From assembly GCA_028715115.1 (NCBI GenBank), contig JAQUSN010000002.1:68944-132943 (forward strand): 64,000 bases of DNA, in the 5' to 3' direction. The DNA is from Patescibacteria group bacterium. Its GTDB lineage: Bacteria > Patescibacteriota > Patescibacteriia > UBA2591 > UBA4787. Made by a program: the position numbers and the translations under genes. A model generated the notes under the pieces. That model did no database searches. It was not told where the DNA came from and worked only from the letters and a program-made list of their open reading frames with translations. Below are positions 55,903 through 64,000 of this stretch, piece after piece; the first letter of the stretch is position 1, and each line of letters begins with the position of its first letter.

Positions 55903-56583
55903 ATGGCACGAGGTAAAAAATATCAAGAAATTAAAGCAAAGGTTAACATTAACAAAGCCTATACATTAGACGAGGTGATTGATTTTATTAAAAATAATCA
56001 CGTTGCCAAATTTGATGAAAGTATTGAACTTCACATAAAATTAGGCATTGATCCGACCAAAACAGAACAGAACGTTCATGGTTCGGTAGTTTTGCCGAGC
56101 GGTTCTTTAAAGAAAAAAAGAATTGCTGTTTTTGCTACTCCGGCTAAAATAGAAGAAGCCAAAAGCGCTGGTGCCGATATTGTCGGCGGGCAAGAATTAA
56201 TTGAACAGATTAAGGCGAGCGGTAAATGCGATTTTGACGTGGCCATAGCTGAGCCGGCAATTATGAAAGATTTAGCCCAAGTTGCTAAGGTGCTGGGACC
56301 AAAAGGCTTAATGCCGACCCCAAAAACCGAGGCTATCACGACTGATTTTAAGAAAACTATTGCCGAATTAAGCGGCGGTAAAACGAACTTTAAGAGCGAT
56401 GCTAGCGGAATTGTGCATCAGGCTGTGGCTAGAATCTCTTGGCCAACTGATAAAATAAAAGCAAATATTGTTAAACTTTTTGAGGCCGTTAAGAAATCGA
56501 AACCATCAACCTCCAAGGGTATTTTTATTCAGGGTGTTACAATTGCTTCGACTATGGGCCCAGGATTAAAGGTTCAACTATAA
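55903..56583 (+). CDS. rplA: 50S ribosomal protein L1
   Basis: Canonical secE-nusG-rplK-rplA order. L1 fold motifs (GKKYQE.. ; ..VLGPKGLMP..). Confidence 0.9.
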   Translation: MARGKKYQEIKAKVNINKAYTLDEVIDFIKNNHVAKFDESIELHIKLGIDPTKTEQNVHGSVVLPSGSLKKKRIAVFATPAKIEEAKSAGADIVGGQELIEQIKASGKCDFDVAIAEPAIMKDLAQVAKVLGPKGLMPTPKTEAITTDFKKTIAELSGGKTNFKSDASGIVHQAVARISWPTDKIKANIVKLFEAVKKSKPSTSKGIFIQGVTIASTMGPGLKVQL

Positions 56584-56604
56584 TTGAATAATTTATATAG
56601 AAAA

Positions 56605-56640
56605 AGAGGGCAACTCAATCGAGTTGACCTCTTTTATGTT
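56605..56640 (+). terminator. probable Rho-independent terminator after rplA
   Basis: Imperfect hairpin GAGGGCAACTC AATC GAGTTGACCTC followed by TTTTATGTTT. Confidence 0.45.
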
Positions 56641-56678
56641 TAGGATTATAATATAATAAACATCGTCTTTGATTATTT

Positions 56679-58055
56679 ATGAAAAAAGCAGAACTTTTTT
56701 TCACGGCCATTTTGTTGCCGATTGATTATTTGATGGTAGTTAGTGCCGGTCTTTTGGCATATTTTTTGCGTTTTAATGCCCTGGCCCAACTTAGACCGAT
56801 AATTTTTGAGTTGCCATTTTGGCATTATTTAGGAATTATTTTGCTGGTCGCCCTGTTTTCTATAATAGTTTTCGCTTTTAATGGATTATATCGAATAGGT
56901 CGTCAACGGTTTAGTCGAGAGCTGGCTAAAATATTTTTCGGCGTAACAACCGCCGTTATGTTGATAGTTTTATTTGTTTTTTTTCAGCGAACCCTTTTTT
57001 CTTCAAGGTTTATCGTTTTAATGGGCTGGTTGTTAGCGATAATTTTGGTTGCCTTGGGTAGATTTTTTATCCATCTGGCCCGGCTTAACATCTATAAATT
57101 AGGCAGAGGGTTAGAGCCGACAGTTATAGTGGGCGATGGCCCATTCGCTCGCGATATTTTAGACCAATTAATTAAAGAAAGAGGGTTTGGTTATCGAATT
57201 ATTGACAACTCAAAGTCAGTTGACGAATTTATTACGCGTTGGCAAGATCGAGCTCAAGAAATTAGGGTGGTTATTTTGGGGGACGTGACAACCACCAATC
57301 AAGAAATTTATCGTTTGGTTAATTTTTGTAATGAACATCAAATAGTTTTTAAATACGTGGTTGATTCTTATGGCGCTCTTTTAACTAACATAAAGAGTGA
57401 AACCATTGCCGGCGTGCCGGTTATAGAAATAAAGAGAACCGCTCTTGATGGTTGGGGCAGAATTATAAAAAGATTTTTCGATATAATTATTTCCTTCTTG
57501 GCTTTAATAATTTTATCTCCTTTATTTTTAATAATAGCTGTTATTATAAAATTAGATTCGCCGGGGCCAATTTTTGTTAAGCTTAAAAGAGTCGGCTGTC
57601 GCAATCAATGTTTTCCGGTCTACAAGTTTCGTTCTATGGTTATTGGGGCCGAGAAGATGAAGGAAGACCTTATGTCATACAATGAACGAGGGGATGGCCC
57701 ATTATTTAAAATGCAAAATGATCCGCGCGTAACCCGTTTTGGCAAATTCATTAGAAAAACCAGTCTTGATGAATTGCCCCAGCTATACAATGTTTTAATT
57801 GGGCAAATGAGCCTGGTTGGCCCGCGGCCCCATGAACCCCAGGAAGTAGAAAGGTACAAAAGCAATCATAAGCAACTCTTGACGATTAAACCTGGTATTA
57901 CCGGTTTGGCACAAATCAGCGGTCGCTCTAATCTCACCTTTGATGATGAAGCAAATTTGGATATTTATTATATTGAAAACTGGTCATTGGGTTATGATGG
58001 ACAAATTTTAATAAAAACCCTACCGGTTGTTTTAAGTAAAAAAAACGTAGCTTAA
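56679..58055 (+). CDS. polyprenyl-phosphate sugar phosphotransferase (WbaP/bacterial sugar transferase family)
   Basis: N-terminal 4-5 TM. C-terminal catalytic domain with GPRPH and [12 protein letters not shown] motifs. Confidence 0.8.
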   Translation: MKKAELFFTAILLPIDYLMVVSAGLLAYFLRFNALAQLRPIIFELPFWHYLGIILLVALFSIIVFAFNGLYRIGRQRFSRELAKIFFGVTTAVMLIVLFVFFQRTLFSSRFIVLMGWLLAIILVALGRFFIHLARLNIYKLGRGLEPTVIVGDGPFARDILDQLIKERGFGYRIIDNSKSVDEFITRWQDRAQEIRVVILGDVTTTNQEIYRLVNFCNEHQIVFKYVVDSYGALLTNIKSETIAGVPVIEIKRTALDGWGRIIKRFFDIIISFLALIILSPLFLIIAVIIKLDSPGPIFVKLKRVGCRNQCFPVYKFRSMVIGAEKMKEDLMSYNERGDGPLFKMQNDPRVTRFGKFIRKTSLDELPQLYNVLIGQMSLVGPRPHEPQEVERYKSNHKQLLTIKPGITGLAQISGRSNLTFDDEANLDIYYIENWSLGYDGQILIKTLPVVLSKKNVA

Positions 58056-58059
58056 TACT

Positions 58060-59550
58060 ATGGAATTAGAACCAATTATTGGCCTGGAAATTCATTTACA
58101 ACTTAAAACCAAAAGCAAAATGTTTTGCGACTGCCAGAATGAGTGGCTTGACGCTAGTCCAAATGTTAATATTTGCCCGATTTGCTTTGGTCACCCCGGC
58201 GTCTTGCCGGTAATTAACCGTGGCGCCGTAGAAATGGCCCTTAATTTAGGATTAGCATTAGAGGGCGACGTTGCCCAGTATTCTAAATTTGATAGAAAAA
58301 ATTATTTCTATCCAGATTTGCCTAAGGGATATCAAATTAGCCAATATGCGATTCCGATTGTCAAAAAAGCCAAATTAAAATTAAACGAAGACAGAACGAT
58401 TAGAATAAACAGAATTCATCTTGAAGAAGATACGGCAAAATTAATTCATACCCCTGATTATAAATGGAGCCTGTTGGATTACAATCGAGCCGGAATTCCA
58501 CTGTTGGAAGTAGTGACCGAACCTGACTTTAAATCTCCAGAAGAGGCGAAATTATTTTTACGTGAATTACAGCTCCTGGCCCGCTATTTAAACATTTCCT
58601 GGGCTGACATGGAAAAAGGCCAAATGCGCTGTGATACCAACATATCGTTGCGACCTAAGGGAGATAAGAAACTTTATCCTAAAGCTGAGATAAAGAATCT
58701 AAATTCTTTCCGCGCCGTGGAGGAATCTTTAAGGTATGAGATTAAAAGGCAATCAAAACTATGGGAAGCCGGCAATCCGCCCAGTGGCGATGTGACCTTT
58801 GGTTGGGATGAAAAGAAAAAAATAACCATTGAACAGCGAACCAAAGAAGGAGAAATGGATTATCGCTATTTTCCTGAGCCTGACTTGCCGCCGCTTTTAC
58901 TAACAGCATTTAATCTAAATGCCATTAAAAAGGATCTGACCGAATTGCCGATGGCTAAGAGGGGAAGATTTATGAAGTCTTTTGGTTTTAGCGAGATTGA
59001 AGCGAGGATATTGACCGATGATATAATCTTAGCTCATTTTACCGAAAAAACGCTTAGCGAATTAAAAGCTTGGCTAATTTCGATTGAAGAAGTCGAAGGT
59101 AGTGAGCAAAAAATATGGGAAAAACATAAAGAAAAGTTCGTGAAATTAGTTGGTAGTTGGTTGATTAATCGTTTAATGCATTTAATGGATAAATATAAAA
59201 CCGCTTCTTTTGAGCTTAAAATTACGCCGGAGAATTTTGCCGAATTTATAATTTTATTATATAAAGGCAATGTTTCGAGTACCTTGGGACAGCAAATTTT
59301 AGAAAAAATGTTTTTAGAAGGGCTAGATGCCGACGAAGCCATTAAAAGGGGATCAATGAACCAGATTGACGATCAAAAACAGCTCGAAAAAATAATTGAT
59401 AAAATTATCAAGAATAATCCCAAGGTTGTCGCTGATTATAAAAAAGGTAAAACCAATGCCATTGCTTTTCTAGTCGGCTTAATTATGAGAGAGACCAAGG
59501 GTCGTGCTAAAGTTGAATTGGTTAAAGAAATACTAGAAGAAAAATTATAA
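58060..59550 (+). CDS. gatB: Asp-tRNA(Asn)/Glu-tRNA(Gln) amidotransferase subunit B
   Basis: MELEPIIGLEIHLQLKTKSKMFCDC N-terminus. GatB/YqeY C-terminal domain. Confidence 0.9.
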   Translation: MELEPIIGLEIHLQLKTKSKMFCDCQNEWLDASPNVNICPICFGHPGVLPVINRGAVEMALNLGLALEGDVAQYSKFDRKNYFYPDLPKGYQISQYAIPIVKKAKLKLNEDRTIRINRIHLEEDTAKLIHTPDYKWSLLDYNRAGIPLLEVVTEPDFKSPEEAKLFLRELQLLARYLNISWADMEKGQMRCDTNISLRPKGDKKLYPKAEIKNLNSFRAVEESLRYEIKRQSKLWEAGNPPSGDVTFGWDEKKKITIEQRTKEGEMDYRYFPEPDLPPLLLTAFNLNAIKKDLTELPMAKRGRFMKSFGFSEIEARILTDDIILAHFTEKTLSELKAWLISIEEVEGSEQKIWEKHKEKFVKLVGSWLINRLMHLMDKYKTASFELKITPENFAEFIILLYKGNVSSTLGQQILEKMFLEGLDADEAIKRGSMNQIDDQKQLEKIIDKIIKNNPKVVADYKKGKTNAIAFLVGLIMRETKGRAKVELVKEILEEKL

Positions 59551-59562
59551 ATTAATATTATA

Positions 59563-59598
59563 AAAAAAGACCGGTTAATTTACTGGTCTTTTTTGTTT
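59563..59598. terminator. bidirectional Rho-independent terminator between gatB (+) and miaA (-)
   Basis: AAAAAAAGACCGG TTAATTTA CTGGTCTTTTTTGTTTT, with A-run and T-run on both sides of the hairpin. Confidence 0.65.
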
Positions 59599-59603
59599 TA
59601 GAA

Positions 59604-60614
59604 TTAATTTTTTAAGAATTTTTTAATTAATTTTTTAGCTTTTTCCGTACTTTCATAATTTAACCATTTAACGGTTTTGTCTCTTTTGAACCAGGATAAT
59701 TGACGTTTAGCATAATGACGAGTTTCGGTTTTGATTAGTTCGACAGCCTGTTCAAGCGTTAATTTATTATTTAAATATAAGTTAATTTGCCGGTAACCGA
59801 TGCCGGTCATTGACGGAAGCAGGGGAGAGTATTTATTATTCAGTTTTTTAACTTCATTGATCAGCCCGTTTTTTATCATTTGCTCGACGCGGTCGTTGAT
59901 ACGCTGATAGAGTTTTTGGCGTGGCAACTTAAGCCCAATTTGTAAAATATCAAAAGATGATTTTTTATTATTCCTTGTTTCTGAAAATGGCTGACCAGTT
60001 TTAAGGCAAACCTCGAGGGCGCGGATAATTCGGCGCGGATTTTTCGGATCAATGAAGTCTTTAGCTCCGGGGTCAAGCTTGATTAATTTTTTATATAAAT
60101 AAGTTAAACCGTATTTTTTTATGTCCTTTTCTATTTTTTTTCTTAATTTTAGATCGGCCGCTATAGGCGGGATATTTAAATCATTAATAATTGAGGATAC
60201 GTATAAACCAGTGCCGCCTACTAAAAATGGAATCTTGCCGCGCGATTGAACGTTTCTAATAATTTTAAGCGCCATATCTTTAAAGTCAGCTACGCTGAAG
60301 CCTTCATTTGGCTTTTTTATATCAATTAAATAATGAGGCACTTGCTGAATTATGAATATTGGTTTTTTGTCAATTCTGTTCAAAAAATCTGATTTTTTGT
60401 TTACAGAATTGAGCGCCCCGATCCGCCGGCTGGCAAAGAGGGGTAACCTTATTGTGGGCTTGGCAGTGCCAATATCCATACCCTTATAAACAGTGCGGCT
60501 ATCAGCGCAAATGATTTCCCCTTTGAATTTTTTAGCTAATTTAATAGCAAAATCGGTCTTTCCCGAGCCGGTCGGGCCGATGATGACTATTAATTTATTG
60601 TTTAGAGTAGACAT
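59604..60614 (-). CDS. miaA: tRNA dimethylallyltransferase
   Basis: P-loop IVIIGPTGSGKTDFAIKLAKKF. ICADSRTVYKGMDIGTAKP. Confidence 0.9.
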   Translation of the reverse strand: MSTLNNKLIVIIGPTGSGKTDFAIKLAKKFKGEIICADSRTVYKGMDIGTAKPTIRLPLFASRRIGALNSVNKKSDFLNRIDKKPIFIIQQVPHYLIDIKKPNEGFSVADFKDMALKIIRNVQSRGKIPFLVGGTGLYVSSIINDLNIPPIAADLKLRKKIEKDIKKYGLTYLYKKLIKLDPGAKDFIDPKNPRRIIRALEVCLKTGQPFSETRNNKKSSFDILQIGLKLPRQKLYQRINDRVEQMIKNGLINEVKKLNNKYSPLLPSMTGIGYRQINLYLNNKLTLEQAVELIKTETRHYAKRQLSWFKRDKTVKWLNYESTEKAKKLIKKFLKN

Positions 60615-60659
60615 AATTTAAGAATGTTTTATAATAGAAGGAGAATGCCTCCATTGTTG

Positions 60660-60679
60660 CCTGCCTGCCGGCAGGCAGG
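60660..60679. repeat. perfect 20-nt GC-rich palindrome CCTGCCTGCC|GGCAGGCAGG; same core as the palindrome at 18634..18683
   Basis: Read directly. Followed by a second imperfect GC-rich hairpin (GCCAGCG CTC GCTTGGC). Confidence 0.5.
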
Positions 60680-60725
60680 CCAGCCAGCGCTCGCTTGGCA
60701 ATAATAAGGGTATAATCATATAAAT

Positions 60726-61499
60726 ATGAATGTTCAAGCTTTAAAAGAATTTTTCCTTTCTTTAGATCCGCAAAATATTGTTTTATTTACTTTGATAACC
60801 GCGTTATTATGTTTAGCGTGGATTTTTTTGTGCTTGCGCTTGGATCGCGAATCTCCAGAGCCAAAAGAACAAATCGTGAGAATATTTTTCTGGGGAGGCC
60901 TGATGGTTTTTCCGGCCCTGTTTATTGCCGGACCGATTACCGTTTTTATAAATAAGTTCACTTTTCTGAGTTCTTTAGCTCAAATTTTAATCCTTTCTTT
61001 TTTAGTTGACGGACTAATCGAAGAATTTATTAAGTTTAGCATCATTTCGGAGAAGGTTTATCGAAAGCCGTTTTTTGACGAGCCGCGCGATGGTTTAATT
61101 TATGGTATGATTCTTGGCATCGGGTTTTCCTTTTTAGAAAGTTTTTTCTACAGCTTAACCCTAGTGGGCGAGCAGCACGCGTTTTTAATTATTCTAATGA
61201 GGGGATTAATGACAACTTTCATGCATCTTTTGGCTGGTGGGATTATTGGTTATCATTTTGGTCTGGCAAAATTTGCGCATTTTTATCGTCATAAGCTGGC
61301 GACAAAGGGCTATCAAAGAATGCTGGTTTGGCGTGGTTTAATTTTGGCCATCTGCTTCCATGCCTTATATAATTTAGTCATTCGTTTCAATTATGTTTGG
61401 CTGATGATTCCTTTGGCAGTGTTATTAATCGGAGTTTATATTTCGATTATTTTGGGCTTAAGAAAAACTCAGACCTTATTCAAGTCGAACGCCCTCTAA
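60726..61499 (+). CDS. PrsW-family intramembrane metalloprotease-like protein
   Basis: Polytopic membrane protein with EExxK (LIEEFIKFS), FxxxH-like (TFMHLL) and HxxxN (FHALYN) motifs. Confidence 0.5.
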   Translation: MNVQALKEFFLSLDPQNIVLFTLITALLCLAWIFLCLRLDRESPEPKEQIVRIFFWGGLMVFPALFIAGPITVFINKFTFLSSLAQILILSFLVDGLIEEFIKFSIISEKVYRKPFFDEPRDGLIYGMILGIGFSFLESFFYSLTLVGEQHAFLIILMRGLMTTFMHLLAGGIIGYHFGLAKFAHFYRHKLATKGYQRMLVWRGLILAICFHALYNLVIRFNYVWLMIPLAVLLIGVYISIILGLRKTQTLFKSNAL

Positions 61500-62729
61500 A
61501 CAGAAATCAGCTGCTTTGATAATTTTAACTTTTATAATATCGCCGATTTTTATATTCGGTGATTTTTTAATTTTTACGGTTTTAAAGGTTTTGGTTTTGC
61601 CGTAGAAGTAACCTTTATCATGGTTATTAATCAATACTTCAACTATTTTTTTCAAGTAATTTTTATTATTTTTTAAGGCTGATTTTTTTAAGATTTCATT
61701 TAGAATTTTCCATCGGCGAGATTTTTCTGCCGCCGGCACATTATCTTCCAGCTTCGCGGCTGCAGTGCCGGGCCGAGGCGAATATTCGGCGAGATATGCC
61801 ATATCAAAATTAATCTGTTTCATCAGTTTTGCCGTATTATTGAATTGTGCCTTGGTTTCTTTGGGAAAGCCAACGATAATATCTGTAGAAATAGCAATGT
61901 CGGGCATAGCTTTTCTTATTTTTTTGATCAAATTTTTATAATGTACGGATGTATAATGGCGATTCATAGCTTTTAAAACCTTATTGTCGCCAGCCTGAAC
62001 TGGCAAATGCATGTATTGGCAGATTTTTTTGCCGTTAGCCATTATTTTTATTAATTCATCGGATAGATCTTTCGGGTGGGAGGTAACGAAATTAAGCCAA
62101 AAATTTCCAGGCAAATCATTAATAGTTTTTAATAATTTCGGAAAATTATAATTCTCGGAATAATAGCTGTTAACATTCTGGCCCAAAAGCGTTGTTTCTT
62201 TATAACCGCTGTTGATTAGTGACTTCACTTCATTAATAATTTCTTTGGCCGGCCGTGAGATTTCCGGGCCTCGAGCATATGGTACAACACAATATGTGCA
62301 ATAATTGTTGCAACCGGTTGAAATCGGCACGTAGGCCTGGAATTTAGATTGGTATTTGGGGGTAACAGAAAAATAGTCGGATGAGATAGGCCTCTCTTTT
62401 TTCAGTAATTTAGGTAGTTTATTCAGGTTTTTGATATCAAAAATTAAATCAAACGATTGACTTAATTTTTTTTGGTCTGATTTTAAGACACAACCGGTCA
62501 ATAGAGTGACGATTTTCTTGTTCTTTTTAAGTTTATTCCAAATTTTTATTTTTCCGTAAATACGGTCAACGGCACTCTGTCGGACCGAGCAGGCGACAAC
62601 AGCAATTAAGTCAGCCGATTTTTCGTTATCAGTTTTTTGATAACCCAAGCCTTCCAGAATCGCGGCTAAGCGTTCGGCATCTGACTTGTTCATCTGACAC
62701 CCAAATGCAATAATGTGATAATATTTCAT
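61476..62729 (-). CDS. miaB: tRNA-2-methylthio-N6-dimethylallyladenosine synthase (MiaB)
   Basis: MTTase N-domain (IIAFGCQMNKSDAE). Radical SAM STGCNNYCTYCVVPYARG. C-terminal TRAM domain. Adjacent to miaA. Confidence 0.8.
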   Translation of the reverse strand: MKYYHIIAFGCQMNKSDAERLAAILEGLGYQKTDNEKSADLIAVVACSVRQSAVDRIYGKIKIWNKLKKNKKIVTLLTGCVLKSDQKKLSQSFDLIFDIKNLNKLPKLLKKERPISSDYFSVTPKYQSKFQAYVPISTGCNNYCTYCVVPYARGPEISRPAKEIINEVKSLINSGYKETTLLGQNVNSYYSENYNFPKLLKTINDLPGNFWLNFVTSHPKDLSDELIKIMANGKKICQYMHLPVQAGDNKVLKAMNRHYTSVHYKNLIKKIRKAMPDIAISTDIIVGFPKETKAQFNNTAKLMKQINFDMAYLAEYSPRPGTAAAKLEDNVPAAEKSRRWKILNEILKKSALKNNKNYLKKIVEVLINNHDKGYFYGKTKTFKTVKIKKSPNIKIGDIIKVKIIKAADFCLEGVRLE

Positions 62730-62740
62730 AAATAATTTTA

Positions 62741-62830
62741 CTTGCCCCGTGAATTTTACGAAGTAAAATTTTTACGGGGTTCATTCTTGCCCCGTTGTTT
62801 GACGAAGTCAAGTGTTGCGGGGTGGCAGCC
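62741..62830. repeat. tandem related stem-loops / direct repeat (CTTGCCCCGT..ACGAAGT twice) in the region upstream of miaB
   Basis: Unit 1 is 62741..62764. Unit 2 is 62786..62808. Each CCCCGT pairs with a downstream ACGGGG/GCGGGG. Confidence 0.4.
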
Positions 62831-63040
62831 AAATGTGATTATATGGTATTTCATGGTTTGTATATTTTAGCAAAAAATACATAAAAATCAATCCCTTACC
62901 TAGAAATTTTAGCCAGACCCCTTTGATTGATTTTAACGATTCTTTAAGTTAATTAAATTAGCGAATAGATTTTGTTTAAAAAAATTACGTTTATTAAGGG
63001 TCTGTCTAAAAATCAATCAAAATTTTTAGGTGAGGGACTA

Positions 63041-63069
63041 TTGACTTTTTGTCAAAAATATGCTAGAAT
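63041..63069 (+). promoter_or_regulatory. near-consensus sigma70 promoter TTGACT-17-TAGAAT upstream of the GC-rich cassette
   Basis: -35 at 63041..63046. Spacer 17 nt. -10 at 63064..63069. Confidence 0.5.
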
Positions 63070-63123
63070 AGTAACATAAGAATTAAGGAGGATAAATATA
63101 GTTCTTTAAAATACTTGCGAAAT

Positions 63124-63267
63124 TGGTGGTCATAGCCAGAAGATTCTAATCTCCGCCTCCGCCGGCTGGTGGATAACTGATTAATGTTTTCTGGCTATGA
63201 CTGCCACGCTTCCGCGATATGCGTGAGAAGAAGAGGGTAGTCCTCTAGTACAACCGAGGAGGTTGTT
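63124..63267 (+). promoter_or_regulatory. GC-rich structured leader with long inverted repeat (GTCATAGCCAGAA .. TTCTGGCTATGAC) and strong SD GAGGAGG before the ATG at 63268
   Basis: 13-bp perfect inverted repeat with an about 50-nt intervening loop that contains CCGCCTCCGCCGGCTGGTGG. SD at 63256..63262. Confidence 0.4.
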
Positions 63268-63786
63268 ATGTCAAAAATAGCGCTCTGCGATGCTCGTGGA
63301 CCGCTAAAACAGCTTTTTGATTGTCTCGCCGGAGACAACGGAAGCGATTGGCTGGACGAGCTAAAGAAGATGCTCCGCAAGGACGGCATCATCGACCTCG
63401 ATGCTGACCCATTCCTGCCCAACGGCTGGCAAGTGGAGCAGCACATCAAGGGCGGCTCCTTCAAGTGTGACCCCAACCAAGTGGAGCTCTATCTGGCCAA
63501 CGGCCAGAAGGGCGGCAAGGTCATTCGTGGCCACGAACTCCGCAAGGAGCTTGAAGGCAAGTCGGTTTTCAATGCCAACCTGCTTGATTGGCTGTTGGCC
63601 CATCCTCAGTTCATTCCGGACAGCTGGAAGGGCAAGGCAGTCTTCTTTTGGGGGACCGTCTATCGTAACGCCAATGGCGATCTGTGCGTGCGCTGCCTCT
63701 ATTGGAGTGGCAGCGGGTGGAGCTGGAACTACAACTGGCTTGACTACAGCTTCTACGACAACAATCCGGCGCTGCTTCGCAAGTAA
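63268..63786 (+). CDS. hypothetical 172-aa protein encoded by an anomalously GC-rich (~55-60%) gene with foreign codon usage
   Basis: ORF with strong SD. Uses CTC/GGC/AAG-type codons, unlike the rest of the window. No recognisable motif (W/G/N-rich C-terminus WSGSGWSWNYNWLDYSFYDNN). Confidence 0.45.
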   Translation: MSKIALCDARGPLKQLFDCLAGDNGSDWLDELKKMLRKDGIIDLDADPFLPNGWQVEQHIKGGSFKCDPNQVELYLANGQKGGKVIRGHELRKELEGKSVFNANLLDWLLAHPQFIPDSWKGKAVFFWGTVYRNANGDLCVRCLYWSGSGWSWNYNWLDYSFYDNNPALLRK

Positions 63787-63878
63787 CTCTCGGGACCTGG
63801 GATCCTTGTTCCTTTGGTCCGCCGTCCGCCAACTGGCGGAGGCGGATTGGACCCTTGGAATTTTGGTCTTTGGTTCTA

Positions 63879-63913
63879 GCCCTGCGCGCTTTCGCGCAGG
63901 GCCTTTTCTTTTT
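63879..63913 (+). terminator. Rho-independent terminator after the GC-rich ORF
   Basis: GCCCTGCGCG CTTTC GCGCAGGGC stem-loop followed by CTTTTCTTTTT. Confidence 0.7.
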
Positions 63914-64000
63914 AATTATTTCTAGTAAAATAATATTTGGCGGTAGGTGAATACGCAGGCGGTCAAGGCTTCTTGCTACCGAGGCCAGTGTTTATGCAAC

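Noticed and set aside
63085-63120. AAGGAGG Shine-Dalgarno-like sequence right after the 63041 promoter as the RBS of a small ORF
   Set aside because: No ATG, GTG or TTG opens an ORF of meaningful length within the proper spacing. It is probably part of the leader RNA.
63124-63267. TPP or cobalamin riboswitch in the GC-rich leader (GGATAACTGA and GTGAGA resemble TPP elements; GCCAC resembles a B12-box fragment)
   Set aside because: The order and context of the elements do not match either consensus. It cannot be called without a covariance-model scan.
63195-63925. Several overlapping ORFs on both strands in the terminal region (63195..63476 -, 63361..63603 -, 63401..63925 +, 63611..63832 -)
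   Set aside because: High GC suppresses stop codons in all frames. Only the 63268..63786 frame has an SD, a start codon and a downstream terminator.
63100-64000. Possibility that the GC-rich terminal segment is an rRNA gene (rRNA is GC-rich relative to AT-rich genomes)
   Set aside because: I saw no match to conserved 16S 5' (AGAGTTTGATCCTGGCTCAG-like), 16S 3', or 23S/5S start signatures. The segment has a clean SD, ORF and terminator architecture instead.
1-64000. tRNA, rRNA and CRISPR arrays
   Set aside because: No T-loop consensus (GTTCGAATC-type) appears in any intergenic region. No regularly spaced direct repeats with unique spacers. The dense coding leaves no room for rRNA.

Overview
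This window is low-GC (about one-third GC by eye; no composition statistic was run) and gene-dense, with short or overlapping intergenic gaps and almost all genes on the + strand. That pattern fits a reduced-genome bacterium of the Candidate Phyla Radiation (CPR/Patescibacteria) type, but this is an inference from the sequence. Most of the window is recognisable housekeeping: murI, ruvX, alaS, scpAB, rsmI, metG, greA, rsmA, radA, mreCD-mrdA, gyrB, secE-nusG-rplK-rplA, gatB, miaA and miaB. It also has ELP3-like and MtaB-like radical SAM enzymes, an indolepyruvate ferredoxin oxidoreductase pair with a ferredoxin, and two cell-wall sugar-phosphate transferases. The stand-out region is a tightly packed same-strand operon of about 21.5 kb (26278..47823) that looks like a type IV secretion system (T4SS) laid out in the Gram-positive way: a giant 2671-aa Cys-rich secreted protein, then VirB6-like, VirB3/PrgI-like, VirB4 (split by one in-frame TAA), a putative VirB8-like protein, two paralogous pilin-like modules fused to different ectodomains (one an M23 peptidase), and a TolB-like beta-propeller. 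No relaxase, integrase or oriT is visible, and a VirD4/TraG-like ATPase sits about 20 kb away among housekeeping genes. Other oddities: a GC-rich (~55-60%) cassette with its own consensus promoter, structured leader and terminator at the right edge (possible horizontal transfer or chimera); a recurring GC-rich palindrome CCTGCC..GGCAGG at two intergenic sites; and tandem stem-loops upstream of miaB. I found no tRNA, rRNA or CRISPR array by eye.
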